Below, in pieces: positions 46,644 through 56,064 of a DNA stretch of 64,000 bases. This DNA comes from an uncultured Verrucomicrobiae bacterium. Lineage in GTDB: Bacteria > Chlamydiota > Chlamydiia > Chlamydiales > Rhabdochlamydiaceae. The stretch covers positions 288,001 through 352,000 of the forward strand of contig CAWFUG010000011.1 in the NCBI GenBank assembly GCA_963818965.1, written 5' to 3'. Positions within the stretch are counted from its first letter, which is position 1. Each line of letters opens with the position of its first letter. Both the position numbers and the translations under genes were made by a program. The notes beneath the pieces are model-generated. The model saw only the letters and a list, made by a program, of their open reading frames with translations, had not been told where the DNA came from and made no database searches.

Positions 46644-46842
46644 AAATTCTCCTGATTTTTATATAAATTTAACTAATGAATAAAAGTATTATAAAATACC
46701 GTGCGATTAAATAAAATACACTAAAATATTTAAACGATTGAACCCTGACCCTTTGTACAATTAAAATTATAATTTAACAAACCACCCGCCGATCGCATTA
46801 AATGACTTAATACCAGAGACTTAAGCACTTATCAGGTTAAAA

Positions 46843-46871
46843 TTGACCCAAAATGGGGATTCGAGTAAACT
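46843..46871 (+). promoter_or_regulatory. Sigma70-type promoter of tRNA-His
   Basis: TTGACC-17 nt-TAAACT. Confidence 0.6.
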
Positions 46872-46895
46872 CTGGCTTCTTTTGAGCTCTTGTAT

Positions 46896-46970
46896 GGCGA
46901 TCGTAGCTCAGTTGGTTAGAGCGTTGGATTGTGGTTCCAAATGTCGCGGGTTCGATCCCCGTCGATCGCC
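46896..46970 (+). tRNA. tRNA-His (GTG)
   Basis: Acceptor stem GCGATCG/CGATCGC with G-1:C73, D-arm AGCTCAGTTGGTTAGAGC, anticodon stem TTGGA/TCCAA with GTG at 46931-46933, GTTCGAT T-loop. Confidence 0.95.
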
Positions 46971-47091
46971 CATCTTTCTATAAATTCTTTTGTGTGTTAT
47001 ACCAAATCTGAATTCCCGCTGACGAGTCGCGCACGTGTCTATATACCAGGTTGGCGTGAAAAGAGCTCCCGCGGCCAAACTTTGAGGTCAT

Positions 47092-47868
47092 TTGGGTATC
47101 ATCGAAGCATTTCTCTTCGGACTTCTTCAGGGATTGACGGAATTTTTGCCCATCAGTTCTTCTGCACACATGAAGCTGGCAAAAATCTTGTGCGGGGTTG
47201 AACATTCTGAGGCGCAGGTCGTCTTCGATTTGATCTGCCATTTGGGCACGCTCTTAGCGGTTCTTCTCTTTTTCAAACGGGAGATCTTCTCTTTGTTTTT
47301 CGAAGAGAGGCGCAAACTCTACTCCCTCATCCTCGCTCTCTTTCCCTTGATCCCCTGCTATTTTTTACTCAAACCCCTGCGCACGTTCGCTTCCCAGCCC
47401 CAATTTTTGGGAATCTGTCTCATGATGACTGCGCTGATTTTATTTTTAGGACAGAAAATTCGGCTAGAGCGTGTCCCCAAACGCTATAGCGATGCGCTTT
47501 GGATCGGGGCGATGCAATCGGCTGCGCTGATCCCGGGAATTTCGCGGAGCGCATCGACGATCTCCTGCGCGCGCATGCTCGGTTGGGAAGTGAAAGATGC
47601 CGTGCGCTTTTCCTTTCTCCTCTCGATTCCCACCATCATCGGAGGCAATGCGCTCGAAATTTTAAAACTTAAAGTCTCTCACACACCGATTCCCTCTCTT
47701 CCCTTTTCCACTTATATGGTCGGGTTTTGCGCTTCCTTTTTCTTCGGCTGGCTCATCATCCGTTTTGCGATCGCCTTTTTAGAAAAGGGGAATTTAAAAC
47801 CCTTTGCATGGTATTGCTTGAGTATGGGAATCTTAAGTACGCTCTATCTCACCTTTGGAGGTGGTTGA
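47092..47868 (+). CDS. uppP: Undecaprenyl-diphosphate phosphatase
   Basis: QGLTEFLPISSSAH, PGISRS, FSFLLSIP; TTG start after GAGGT. Confidence 0.93.
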   Translation: MGIIEAFLFGLLQGLTEFLPISSSAHMKLAKILCGVEHSEAQVVFDLICHLGTLLAVLLFFKREIFSLFFEERRKLYSLILALFPLIPCYFLLKPLRTFASQPQFLGICLMMTALILFLGQKIRLERVPKRYSDALWIGAMQSAALIPGISRSASTISCARMLGWEVKDAVRFSFLLSIPTIIGGNALEILKLKVSHTPIPSLPFSTYMVGFCASFFFGWLIIRFAIAFLEKGNLKPFAWYCLSMGILSTLYLTFGGG

Positions 47869-50234
47869 TGGCAAAAAAAACACCAGAACTAGAAAAAAAA
47901 CCATCTAAAGAACACTTCGAATGGAAAGGGCTGCTCGCCCTTGGCTTTTCTCTCTTTCTTGTTTTAAGTCTCGTCAGTTTTGATTCGCAAGAGCCCCACA
48001 AAAATTGGCTCGGTCTCGTCGGGTGGGGATTGAGCTTTGGATTTACCTTTCTCTTTGGGCTGTGCAGTTATTTTTTCGTGCTTTTCTTCGGATGGCTCGG
48101 CTGGCGCTATCTCGTGGATAAAGAGCCGATCTCTTTAAGTGCGAAGATCGCCTACTTTTCGATTTTCACCTCTTCCTGTGCCATTCTCTTGAGCCTCTAC
48201 GCAGAACGGGATCTGTTTTTTCCTTCCTTTCTCGATCATTGGGTCTATAGCGAATCCCACTTTTTCGACTTCCCCTACCCGCACCAAGCCACACGCCACT
48301 ACTTAGGCGGCATGCCTTTTTATTTCCTCTACTGCGATCTTCCCGTTTTAAATCTCCAGCACCTCTTGAGCGATGTGGGGACCTGTCTGACTTTTTCCAT
48401 CACAGCCTTCGCTTCCTTCCTCCTGCTCACAAAAATGCGCTTGAACCGCCTCCCCTCTCTTTTGAAAAAATGGACCGCTTCGCTTAAGGAAAAATGGACC
48501 GCTTCTCGAGAAAAAGAAGAAGAGAGCGAGGCATTACACTCTCCTCAAGAGATCGAAGAGAGCTTAGCAAAACGGATTTCTCCGCTCTACGCGCCCCCTC
48601 CTCGCTTAGAAAAACCCTCAGAACCCCGTATTGAGCCTAGGATCCGCCTCTCCCCCGAGCGCCCCGTTCAAGAGCGTGGGGTTAAAGAAGAGCTTTCGCG
48701 CAAGCAAGTGGCGATCAATGCCCAAAGAGTGGTCAATGGAGACTTTACGACCTATCGCCTCCCGCCTCTTTCTCTTTTGAACCAACCTAAAAAAGTCGAC
48801 CAGCCCTCACTGAAAAAAGAGCTGAAAAAACAGGCTTCCAATTTGGAAGAGACCCTACTCAGTTTCGGGATCGAAGCGAAGGTAGGCGAGATCCACTGCG
48901 GGCCGACGATCACTTCCTTCGAAGTCCACCCCGCGATCGGTGTCAAAGTCCAAAAGATCAAGACGCTAGAAAACGATATCGCACTCAATCTCCAAGCCAA
49001 ATCGATCCGCATCATCGCTCCCATTCCCGGTAAAGCCGCGGTCGGTGTGGAGATCCCCTCCCTCTATCCCCAAGAGGTTAGCTTTAGAGAGCTCTTAGCG
49101 AACTACCATCAGGGCTCGCGCAAGATGACGATTCCCCTTCTGCTCGGTAAGGGAGTCTCAGGAGATCAGGTGGTCAGCGATTTGAGCAAGATGCCCCACT
49201 GCCTCATCGCAGGAGCTACGGGATCGGGAAAATCGGTCTGTATCAACACGATCATCCTATCGATCCTGATGAACGCGCGTCCCGACGAGATCAAACTCGT
49301 GATGATCGATCCGAAAAAAGTAGAGCTCACTCCTTACACCAATCTGCCGCACATGATCGCTCCCGTCATCACAGAAGCCCATGGAGCCTACGCCGCCTTG
49401 AATTGGCTCGTGAAAGAGATGCAGACACGTTATGATGTCTTAAAACAACTCGGTGTGCGCAACATCTCTGCCTTCAATAACCGGCAGATCAATAAAGAAC
49501 TCGAAGCCTCGCTCAATATCCCTATCCCTGCCAGGATGCACGGGATCGTCGCCATCATCGACGAATTCGCCGATCTCATGATGGCATCGAGCTCTGATCT
49601 CGAGACCCCCATCGCCCGTATCGCACAAATGGCACGCGCCGTCGGCATCCACCTCATCCTAGCGACCCAGCGCCCCTCGCGTGAAGTGATCACAGGCCTG
49701 ATCAAGGCGAACTTCCCCACGCGACTGGCCTTCAAGGTCTCCAGCAGGATCAACTCTCAAATCATCCTCGACGACGTCGGTGCAGAGAGCCTGCTCGGCA
49801 ATGGAGACATGCTCTTTTTACCTCCCGGCACCTCCTCTTTGCTACGCGCTCAGGGAGCTTACATCAGCGACGAAGAGATCAACCGCGTCGTGCAGTTCAT
49901 CTGTGAACAAGCGCCCCCGAATTACCTGATCGAATCGTTTGACAAGATGCGCTTTGAGGAAGGAGGCGGTGGAAGAGAAGAGGACAGCCCCAAAGATTCT
50001 CTCTACGAGCAGGCTAAAACCCTCGTCGTCGAGACGCGCGTCGCTTCGACGACCTATCTCCAGCGCAAACTGAAGATCGGCTACGCAAGAGCGGCTTCTC
50101 TCATGGATGAATTAGAAATGAAAGGAATCATCAGCACGCAAGAGGGCGCAAAACCCCGTCGCATCCTGCTCGATGGAAAATCCCCCGCAAACCCGAACCA
50201 GGTACCCTATGAAGAACAAGAGCTTTTTGAGTAG
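47868..50234 (+). CDS. ftsK: DNA translocase FtsK
   Basis: N-terminal TMs, PHCLIAGATGSGKS, IDEFADLM, ATQRPS, LQRKLKIGYARA; ATG overlaps the uppP stop. Confidence 0.95.
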   Translation: MAKKTPELEKKPSKEHFEWKGLLALGFSLFLVLSLVSFDSQEPHKNWLGLVGWGLSFGFTFLFGLCSYFFVLFFGWLGWRYLVDKEPISLSAKIAYFSIFTSSCAILLSLYAERDLFFPSFLDHWVYSESHFFDFPYPHQATRHYLGGMPFYFLYCDLPVLNLQHLLSDVGTCLTFSITAFASFLLLTKMRLNRLPSLLKKWTASLKEKWTASREKEEESEALHSPQEIEESLAKRISPLYAPPPRLEKPSEPRIEPRIRLSPERPVQERGVKEELSRKQVAINAQRVVNGDFTTYRLPPLSLLNQPKKVDQPSLKKELKKQASNLEETLLSFGIEAKVGEIHCGPTITSFEVHPAIGVKVQKIKTLENDIALNLQAKSIRIIAPIPGKAAVGVEIPSLYPQEVSFRELLANYHQGSRKMTIPLLLGKGVSGDQVVSDLSKMPHCLIAGATGSGKSVCINTIILSILMNARPDEIKLVMIDPKKVELTPYTNLPHMIAPVITEAHGAYAALNWLVKEMQTRYDVLKQLGVRNISAFNNRQINKELEASLNIPIPARMHGIVAIIDEFADLMMASSSDLETPIARIAQMARAVGIHLILATQRPSREVITGLIKANFPTRLAFKVSSRINSQIILDDVGAESLLGNGDMLFLPPGTSSLLRAQGAYISDEEINRVVQFICEQAPPNYLIESFDKMRFEEGGGGREEDSPKDSLYEQAKTLVVETRVASTTYLQRKLKIGYARAASLMDELEMKGIISTQEGAKPRRILLDGKSPANPNQVPYEEQELFE

Positions 50235-50580
50235 ACTAAAGCCCAGCTCTGAGAAAAAAGCAATCGATCCCGAAGTCGAACTCAAAATGCTCCCCCGCCT
50301 AAAAGCTGTCGCTTACGCCTTTCTCCTCTGCGGCCTTTTTTCCTTCTCCTATGCGCTCATTCCCTATGAAGCGGAAGCCCTCGGTTCAGCCGAGTCCCCC
50401 TTGCAGGTAGAGCTCTACGCAGGCCTCGGCATAGAATCTGAGGAGCCCCTCGCAGAGCTCCACCCTAAAGCAGTGCTCAACTTCTACGTCGTCAGCGCAA
50501 TTTTCACCTGCATCGGCGGCGCGGTCCTCTTCTTGGCGCGTTACAAGCGTAAGCGCTTGAGCTCGTTAATTTACAAATAA
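50209..50580 (+). CDS. Small two-TM hypothetical membrane protein
   Basis: Two hydrophobic segments; overlaps the ftsK end. Confidence 0.6.
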   Translation: MKNKSFLSRLKPSSEKKAIDPEVELKMLPRLKAVAYAFLLCGLFSFSYALIPYEAEALGSAESPLQVELYAGLGIESEEPLAELHPKAVLNFYVVSAIFTCIGGAVLFLARYKRKRLSSLIYK

Positions 50581-51665
50581 AGCGCTGCAGAACGCTTTCT
50601 CACCTCTTGGTTCCACCGTCCGAGCTCAATGCGCGCTTTCCTAGGCTCCAAGCTGCGGAGGTAACAAATCTTATTCGTATCGAATGCCAGGATTGCCGCA
50701 ATCTCTCCACCTCCTTGCGCTTTGAATTCCTCTAGATTCAATTGATGGGTGGCGAGTTGCTCTGCGCGCTCGAAAAAGTCTTTGCCTTCTTCTTGCATGA
50801 CTAGCTGTTTTTGACGCTCTCGATAGCTCTCTCCCAAAATCTTGCCCCCGATAGGTTCTGCATTGTACTCTTCGAGCAATTTCTGAGAGATCTCCTCTCG
50901 GGTCATCCCCTGGGCGGAAAGTCCCAAGGTCGTAAACCTTTCCTGCCCAGGTGTGGCATCGCAGCAAATGGTCCAAAATCCTTGAGCATCCCCATTATGA
51001 TTCTTTAAGACATAACCAGGGACATTCTTGAAATAAACCATCTGCCCTTTGACTAAAGCCTGAGAAAAATCATCTATGCTTCTCTGTAGGCCACTAAGGG
51101 GATTGAATGGATGGGACATTCCGATTAAAAAATGATTCACTCCTTTTCCGGCAGCAAAATTCTCCCAGGTTGTGGGACCAAAGACCTCATTGAACTTTGG
51201 CTCCCCGAGCACCAATTTTAAAGCTTCATGATAGGTGATTTGACACAACTCACCGCATCCCGTAAAGGAACGTCCCTCTTTTATCTTTTGAAGCCCTGTA
51301 CTTGCAGAAACCCCTGGTCGGAGTACGAAGCAATTCATGACTACCTCAGTTACTCTGTCAGGACAGGGGATCATTCCAAATGCTTCTTCCGGCGCGACTC
51401 CATGGAAAAAATTTCCCTGATCGAGATGCTCCGCTAGGGCTGCTGTATCTCCATTCGCCTCAGCCACTTTAAAGTATTCATTCCCATAAAAAATTCCTGC
51501 TGTGGGCGCCGGCCCCCCTTGTCTAAATGCATCCATGCGTTGGATACTATCGGCGACTATCTGTTGCACCGTCTTAACCACTGTCGTGTTGAGCAAATTG
51601 TCGATGACTTGGATCATTCCAGGAGTTGGAGCAGGAATATTACTAACAGCATTAACCTTTAACAT
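50571..51665 (-). CDS. Hypothetical protein, Tgl-like transglutaminase/papain-fold candidate
   Basis: NCFVLRPGVSAS..L..I...FTGC...CQI.Y.EAL..VLGEPKFN..F, GQMVYFKN; paralog of 53260-54360. Confidence 0.55.
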   Translation of the reverse strand: MLKVNAVSNIPAPTPGMIQVIDNLLNTTVVKTVQQIVADSIQRMDAFRQGGPAPTAGIFYGNEYFKVAEANGDTAALAEHLDQGNFFHGVAPEEAFGMIPCPDRVTEVVMNCFVLRPGVSASTGLQKIKEGRSFTGCGELCQITYHEALKLVLGEPKFNEVFGPTTWENFAAGKGVNHFLIGMSHPFNPLSGLQRSIDDFSQALVKGQMVYFKNVPGYVLKNHNGDAQGFWTICCDATPGQERFTTLGLSAQGMTREEISQKLLEEYNAEPIGGKILGESYRERQKQLVMQEEGKDFFERAEQLATHQLNLEEFKAQGGGEIAAILAFDTNKICYLRSLEPRKARIELGRWNQEVRKRSAALYL

Positions 51666-51914
51666 GAAAACCTCAATTAATTTATGTTATTTTAAATCTA
51701 TGATTATTATTATAACAATAAACAATTCTAATGTAAATGTAAAAAATAACTTTATCTTTATGTTTTTAACAAATCAATTTCACCATAAACAACGCAGACG
51801 ATTTAAATTAACGCATACATTAAAAATATTTTTATTCTTAAGACCTTTTCATCTAGCGAAAATAAAAAAAATTCAATATACCCTTGATTATAAGAACCCT
51901 TAGAAAAATCCTTT

Positions 51915-53255
51915 ATGCGCCAAGGCAAAGAGAAACACAAGATCCTGATCGCCGATCCCGATCGCACGATGGCTACCCTTATCAAGAACATAAAGGGGAG
52001 CGAGCGGTACCATTTTGAAGTGGCAAAGGATGGATTTGAGTGTTTGGCTAAGATCGAGAAATTTCAGCCCGATCTGCTCTTGATCGAGCTGATGCTCCCA
52101 AAGATTCACGGGATCGAGATCTTGAGAAAAATCAAGACCGATCCGCGCACGAAAGAGATGGGGGTCATCCTGATGACAGCGCAGGCCCTGATCCAAAATT
52201 ACCAGGCGGCTGTCAATCAGCACTGCGATTACTTCTTGCAAAAGCCGTTTAAAGAGACGAAGATCCACGCCCTCATCGCTGATTTTTTCACGAGCAACCT
52301 AAAACCAGAGCCTTTTTCTGGCTTTCAATCGAGTGTAACCGAGGGAAAACACTGCTACCTCCCCAAACGCCATGCTGCGGATTCCTACATCAAATTTTGG
52401 GGAACGCGCGGCTCTAATCCCGTCTCGGGTGCCGAGTATGTCCGTTTTGGGGGTAACACATCTTGTCTCGAAGTGCGCCATCACGACGATTTGATCATCG
52501 TCGATGCAGGGACGGGCATTCGCCCCTTCGGTGGGATTTTGGAAGAAAAAAAAGTCAAACAGGTCCATCTCTTGATCGGCCATACCCACTGGGATCACCT
52601 TGCGGGATTCCCCTTCTTCGCTCCTATTTATAACGCAGACTGTCAGGTGACGATTTGGAGCCCGATCGGCTATGAACAGACGACGAAAGAGCTATTTAAA
52701 GAGATGCTCGCGCACGCCTATTTTCCCGTCCGCCTCGACGACATCCAAGCGCGCCTCATCTTCAAAGATATCCACGAAAACGACCCCTTCTCGATCGGCG
52801 GGATCACTGTAGACACCCACTACGCCAATCACCCAGGAGCTACGCTCTGCTTCAAGTTTCAGATGGGGAAAAAGAAATTCGGCTACGCGACAGATAATGA
52901 ATTCTTGATGGGCTACCACGGCAATCCCAATGAGATCACAAAGACACATCCCGAACTCCATGCGTACCGCAGCCAGGTCGAATTTTTCAAGGGGTGCAAT
53001 TTTCTGATCCACGAAGCGCAATACACCCCGATGGAATACCAGACAAAAGTCGGCTGGGGGCATTCCTCAGTTTCTAACGCAGCAATTCTGATACGCCATG
53101 CGGAAATCGAAGAATGGATCATCACCCATCACGACCCGAAACACACCGATATGGATCTTCTCAATAAGATTCAATTGCAGTTCGACATCCTAGATGATTG
53201 CCAGATGGCAGTCCGACCGCGCATGGCCTTCGATCAGTTGACTATTCCGCTATAA
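51915..53255 (+). CDS. Atypical receiver domain fused to an MBL-fold metallohydrolase
   Basis: REC ILIAD..PDLLLIELMLP..G..KPF; MBL FWGTRGS, GGNTSC, DAGTG, HTHWDH, HEAQY, GHS. Confidence 0.88.
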   Translation: MRQGKEKHKILIADPDRTMATLIKNIKGSERYHFEVAKDGFECLAKIEKFQPDLLLIELMLPKIHGIEILRKIKTDPRTKEMGVILMTAQALIQNYQAAVNQHCDYFLQKPFKETKIHALIADFFTSNLKPEPFSGFQSSVTEGKHCYLPKRHAADSYIKFWGTRGSNPVSGAEYVRFGGNTSCLEVRHHDDLIIVDAGTGIRPFGGILEEKKVKQVHLLIGHTHWDHLAGFPFFAPIYNADCQVTIWSPIGYEQTTKELFKEMLAHAYFPVRLDDIQARLIFKDIHENDPFSIGGITVDTHYANHPGATLCFKFQMGKKKFGYATDNEFLMGYHGNPNEITKTHPELHAYRSQVEFFKGCNFLIHEAQYTPMEYQTKVGWGHSSVSNAAILIRHAEIEEWIITHHDPKHTDMDLLNKIQLQFDILDDCQMAVRPRMAFDQLTIPL

Positions 53256-53259
53256 GAAT

Positions 53260-54360
53260 CTATGTTCTCTGCTGAAATCTGAGCTTGGTATTCCATAGAG
53301 AGAGCTGTTTTTGTGCTGCTAGGGGATCTAACTGAATGAGATCATAAATCTTATCTCTATCTAATTCGAAGATTTCATCGATCCCCCCTCCGCCTAATTC
53401 CTTAAAATCGCTCGACGTGAGTTGATCCTCGGCAAGGCTTTCCGCTAATTGCATCCCTTCTTTGCCACCCAACCAGCTAAACAAACGCCTTTCCAGATCA
53501 CTGTCTGCTGCGAAATCTTTGACGAATCTCAAATTGTCGCGCGTGACCAGAGGTTCTTGATTGTATTCATCAAGAAACAGTTGAGACATCTTTTCCTGAG
53601 TCACTCCATTGGTTCCTAGACCTATGAACTTCTCCTGTCCTCGAACAGCATCCTCAGAGCAGATCACCGAGTGCCCTGGATAGGGGCCTCTCAGGTGTTT
53701 CTCACGATATTTTTCGATGTTGCCGAAATGGACGAATTGATCTTTGGCCACGTCTGAAGTAGTAGGATAAAAGCGCGTCAGGCTGTGTAGTGGATCGTAT
53801 AAGTAGAGATCTCCGCCCACTCCTATTTCAAAGCGATTGGGCCCTTCTGGAGCAAAGACCACATCAAAAAAACTCTCCTCAGAATTAGAAACACTCTTGT
53901 CGAACACTTTTTTCAACGCTTCATAACACGCAATTTGACACACTTGACTACAGTCGAGAATGGAAGGCCCCGCCTGAATACTCGCAAGGCCTTCGCTAGC
54001 AGAGATGCCTTTTCGGAGTAAAAAACAATTAAAGACATATCCAGTAACTGATTCAAGGTCGCGGACTTTTTTAAATTCGAATTCAGGCGCCCGTCCGTCA
54101 TGAAAACTGCCATCCATTTGAAATTCGACGAGCCGATCATCGCACATATCTTCGAAAGCTAACAAACAATCCCGATCGTAAAAAATCCCCTGATCAAACA
54201 CCGATGAGTCACCCTCTGTTCTAAATCTCTCCATGCGAGAAAAATGCTCGGAGGCGATCCGTTCGACCGCTTCGATGGCCGTCGTAGTGAGCAGGGTTTT
54301 GATTTCCTCTTTGCTCATCACAGGATTCTGGGAACTTGTAGAACCATTAACTGCTGACAT
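53260..54360 (-). CDS. Hypothetical protein, Tgl-like candidate (paralog)
   Basis: NCFLLRKGISASEGL..I....ILDCSQVCQIA.YEAL, VHFGN, FIGLG. Confidence 0.55.
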   Translation of the reverse strand: MSAVNGSTSSQNPVMSKEEIKTLLTTTAIEAVERIASEHFSRMERFRTEGDSSVFDQGIFYDRDCLLAFEDMCDDRLVEFQMDGSFHDGRAPEFEFKKVRDLESVTGYVFNCFLLRKGISASEGLASIQAGPSILDCSQVCQIACYEALKKVFDKSVSNSEESFFDVVFAPEGPNRFEIGVGGDLYLYDPLHSLTRFYPTTSDVAKDQFVHFGNIEKYREKHLRGPYPGHSVICSEDAVRGQEKFIGLGTNGVTQEKMSQLFLDEYNQEPLVTRDNLRFVKDFAADSDLERRLFSWLGGKEGMQLAESLAEDQLTSSDFKELGGGGIDEIFELDRDKIYDLIQLDPLAAQKQLSLWNTKLRFQQRT

Positions 54361-54478
54361 AAAAACCTTCTATATTTTATTTAAATTATATAATAATTAT
54401 AGCAAAAATGGTAATTATAATGTGAAAAAAATCAAAGCCGATAAGTAAAGCTACATTAACTATTGATTTTCAGAAGGT

Positions 54479-54676
54479 TAAGATTCTATCTACAATCTGA
54501 AGAGGCTTTATTGTGTAATTCATGAGGACCTAATCCAGCTCCCCATCACTCCATTCTGAATATATGCAATTTCACCACAGAGAGGGAAAACCACAGAGAG
54601 GAAGTTTTTTAATAGGAACTTCCTCTCTGTGGTTTTCCCTCTCTGTGGTGAAATTCAGCTATTTATGCAACAGGTC
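54479..54676. mobile_element. Composite: family B end plus family A element with a 39-bp perfect inverted repeat
   Basis: TAAGATTCTATCTACAATCT (54479-54498); GGCTTTATTGTGTAATTCATGA; arms 54568-54606 / 54617-54655; end TATTTATGCAACA. Confidence 0.88.
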
Positions 54677-55452
54677 TGGTTAAAGAAAATCGGCCGGCTC
54701 AATTGCTCTTGGAAAGCGATCGATACCTCTGTCGCAGCGCCCAATTGCTCGAGCTTCTCCCGGATGATCTTCAAGGCGAGCTCTTCTGCATTACACTCTG
54801 AAGAAAGGTGGGCCAAGTGGATGTGCTTTAACCCTGGATGGTAGATCTTTTCGATCAGCTGCGCGCATTCTTCATTGGAGAGATGCCCCTGGCGCCCTAA
54901 CACTCGGTCTTTATAGACTTTCGGCCGTGCACTGGAATGGACCATCGAAGGGTGGTGGTTCGCCTCGACATAGAGATAATCGCATAAGAGCAACTGAGAG
55001 GCGACAAGTGAGCTGACATGCCCCAAATCAGCGCAAAATCCCAGTTTGAAATGCTGATAGCGGATCGTAAAGGCAACGGGATCGATCGCATCGTGAGATA
55101 CTGTAAACGGATGAATCTCGAGATCCTTAAATACAAACGCCTCTCCCGTCGAAAAAATCTGGAACTGAGGAGATGCAGCGAAAAGAGAATCGATAGCAAT
55201 CGCTGTATCGCTGTTGCAAAAAATCGGAATTCCGAGCCGACACCCCAACTGATCTAAAGAGCGCACATGGTCGATATGTTCATGTGTGATCAGAATCGCA
55301 TCGATCTCTTCCAAACGCACACCGATCTCACTTAAACGCGCTTCGATCTTCCTGCGACTGATTCCCGCATCGATTAAGATCTTCGTTTGAGGCGTTCCGA
55401 CGTAGATGCAATTTCCCTTCGATCCTGAAGCCAGAGGACAAAATCCGATCAT
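54655..55452 (-). CDS. MBL-fold hydrolase, YycJ/WalJ family
   Basis: LASGSKGN, IDAG, THEHIDH, SHDA, EANH, GHLSN, LAHLS; ATG at 55452. Confidence 0.88.
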   Translation of the reverse strand: MIGFCPLASGSKGNCIYVGTPQTKILIDAGISRRKIEARLSEIGVRLEEIDAILITHEHIDHVRSLDQLGCRLGIPIFCNSDTAIAIDSLFAASPQFQIFSTGEAFVFKDLEIHPFTVSHDAIDPVAFTIRYQHFKLGFCADLGHVSSLVASQLLLCDYLYVEANHHPSMVHSSARPKVYKDRVLGRQGHLSNEECAQLIEKIYHPGLKHIHLAHLSSECNAEELALKIIREKLEQLGAATEVSIAFQEQLSRPIFFNQTCCINS

Positions 55453-55644
55453 GTACCACCTTAAGATTATATTTTCGGCGCATTGTGAAATAAGATGATG
55501 TTTGTTGGCAAGTGAGAATTTGAGACACAGTATAAACAAAAGAAAACAGAAAGTGTTGACGTAATTTACACGAAAGTGATTAATAAGAGTTATGGAACAA
55601 AGAAATAAAAGCTTAATAAATTCACAAGATCTGAGAGGGAAGTT

Positions 55645-55992
55645 ATGATAAAAACACACGAAGAAATACTGGCAGATATCGACAAAACACTAGATCAATT
55701 AATCAATAATTCTAGTGTATTCAATCAAATGCCGATCAATTCTCTATTCACTACAGAAATCGACGCCCTCCAAAAAACGCAAGAGAGTTTGCTGGCTAGA
55801 CTCGTTCACATGCAAGATCTCTTAAAGAAGAACAAAACACAACCGCACCGTTTTGCCAAGATGGAAAAAAAGATCCTCCGTCTGGGCAAACTCAATGGAA
55901 AGATGATCCATCACTTCGCCCAAGGTCTGGAAAAGATGCAACGCCCCCGAGCGCCTCGCATCGGCAGAAATCGCAAGAAAGACCCTTCCTAA
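55645..55992 (+). CDS. Hypothetical helical protein
   Basis: 115-aa ORF with GAGGG SD. Confidence 0.6.
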   Translation: MIKTHEEILADIDKTLDQLINNSSVFNQMPINSLFTTEIDALQKTQESLLARLVHMQDLLKKNKTQPHRFAKMEKKILRLGKLNGKMIHHFAQGLEKMQRPRAPRIGRNRKKDPS

Positions 55993-56064
55993 TATACCGC
56001 ACAGTCGACAAATAACGACACACCTGTATAATCGACAACTCGATATTTTAAAGAATAGACAGCT

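Noticed and set aside
46896..47091. tRNA-His as an integration site for an island
   Set aside because: No integrase and no duplicated tRNA 3' end seen; only short TATACC-type remnants follow
55453..55659. 69-aa N-terminal extension of the YycJ-like ORF
   Set aside because: AT-rich divergent promoter region; family homology starts at ATG 55452
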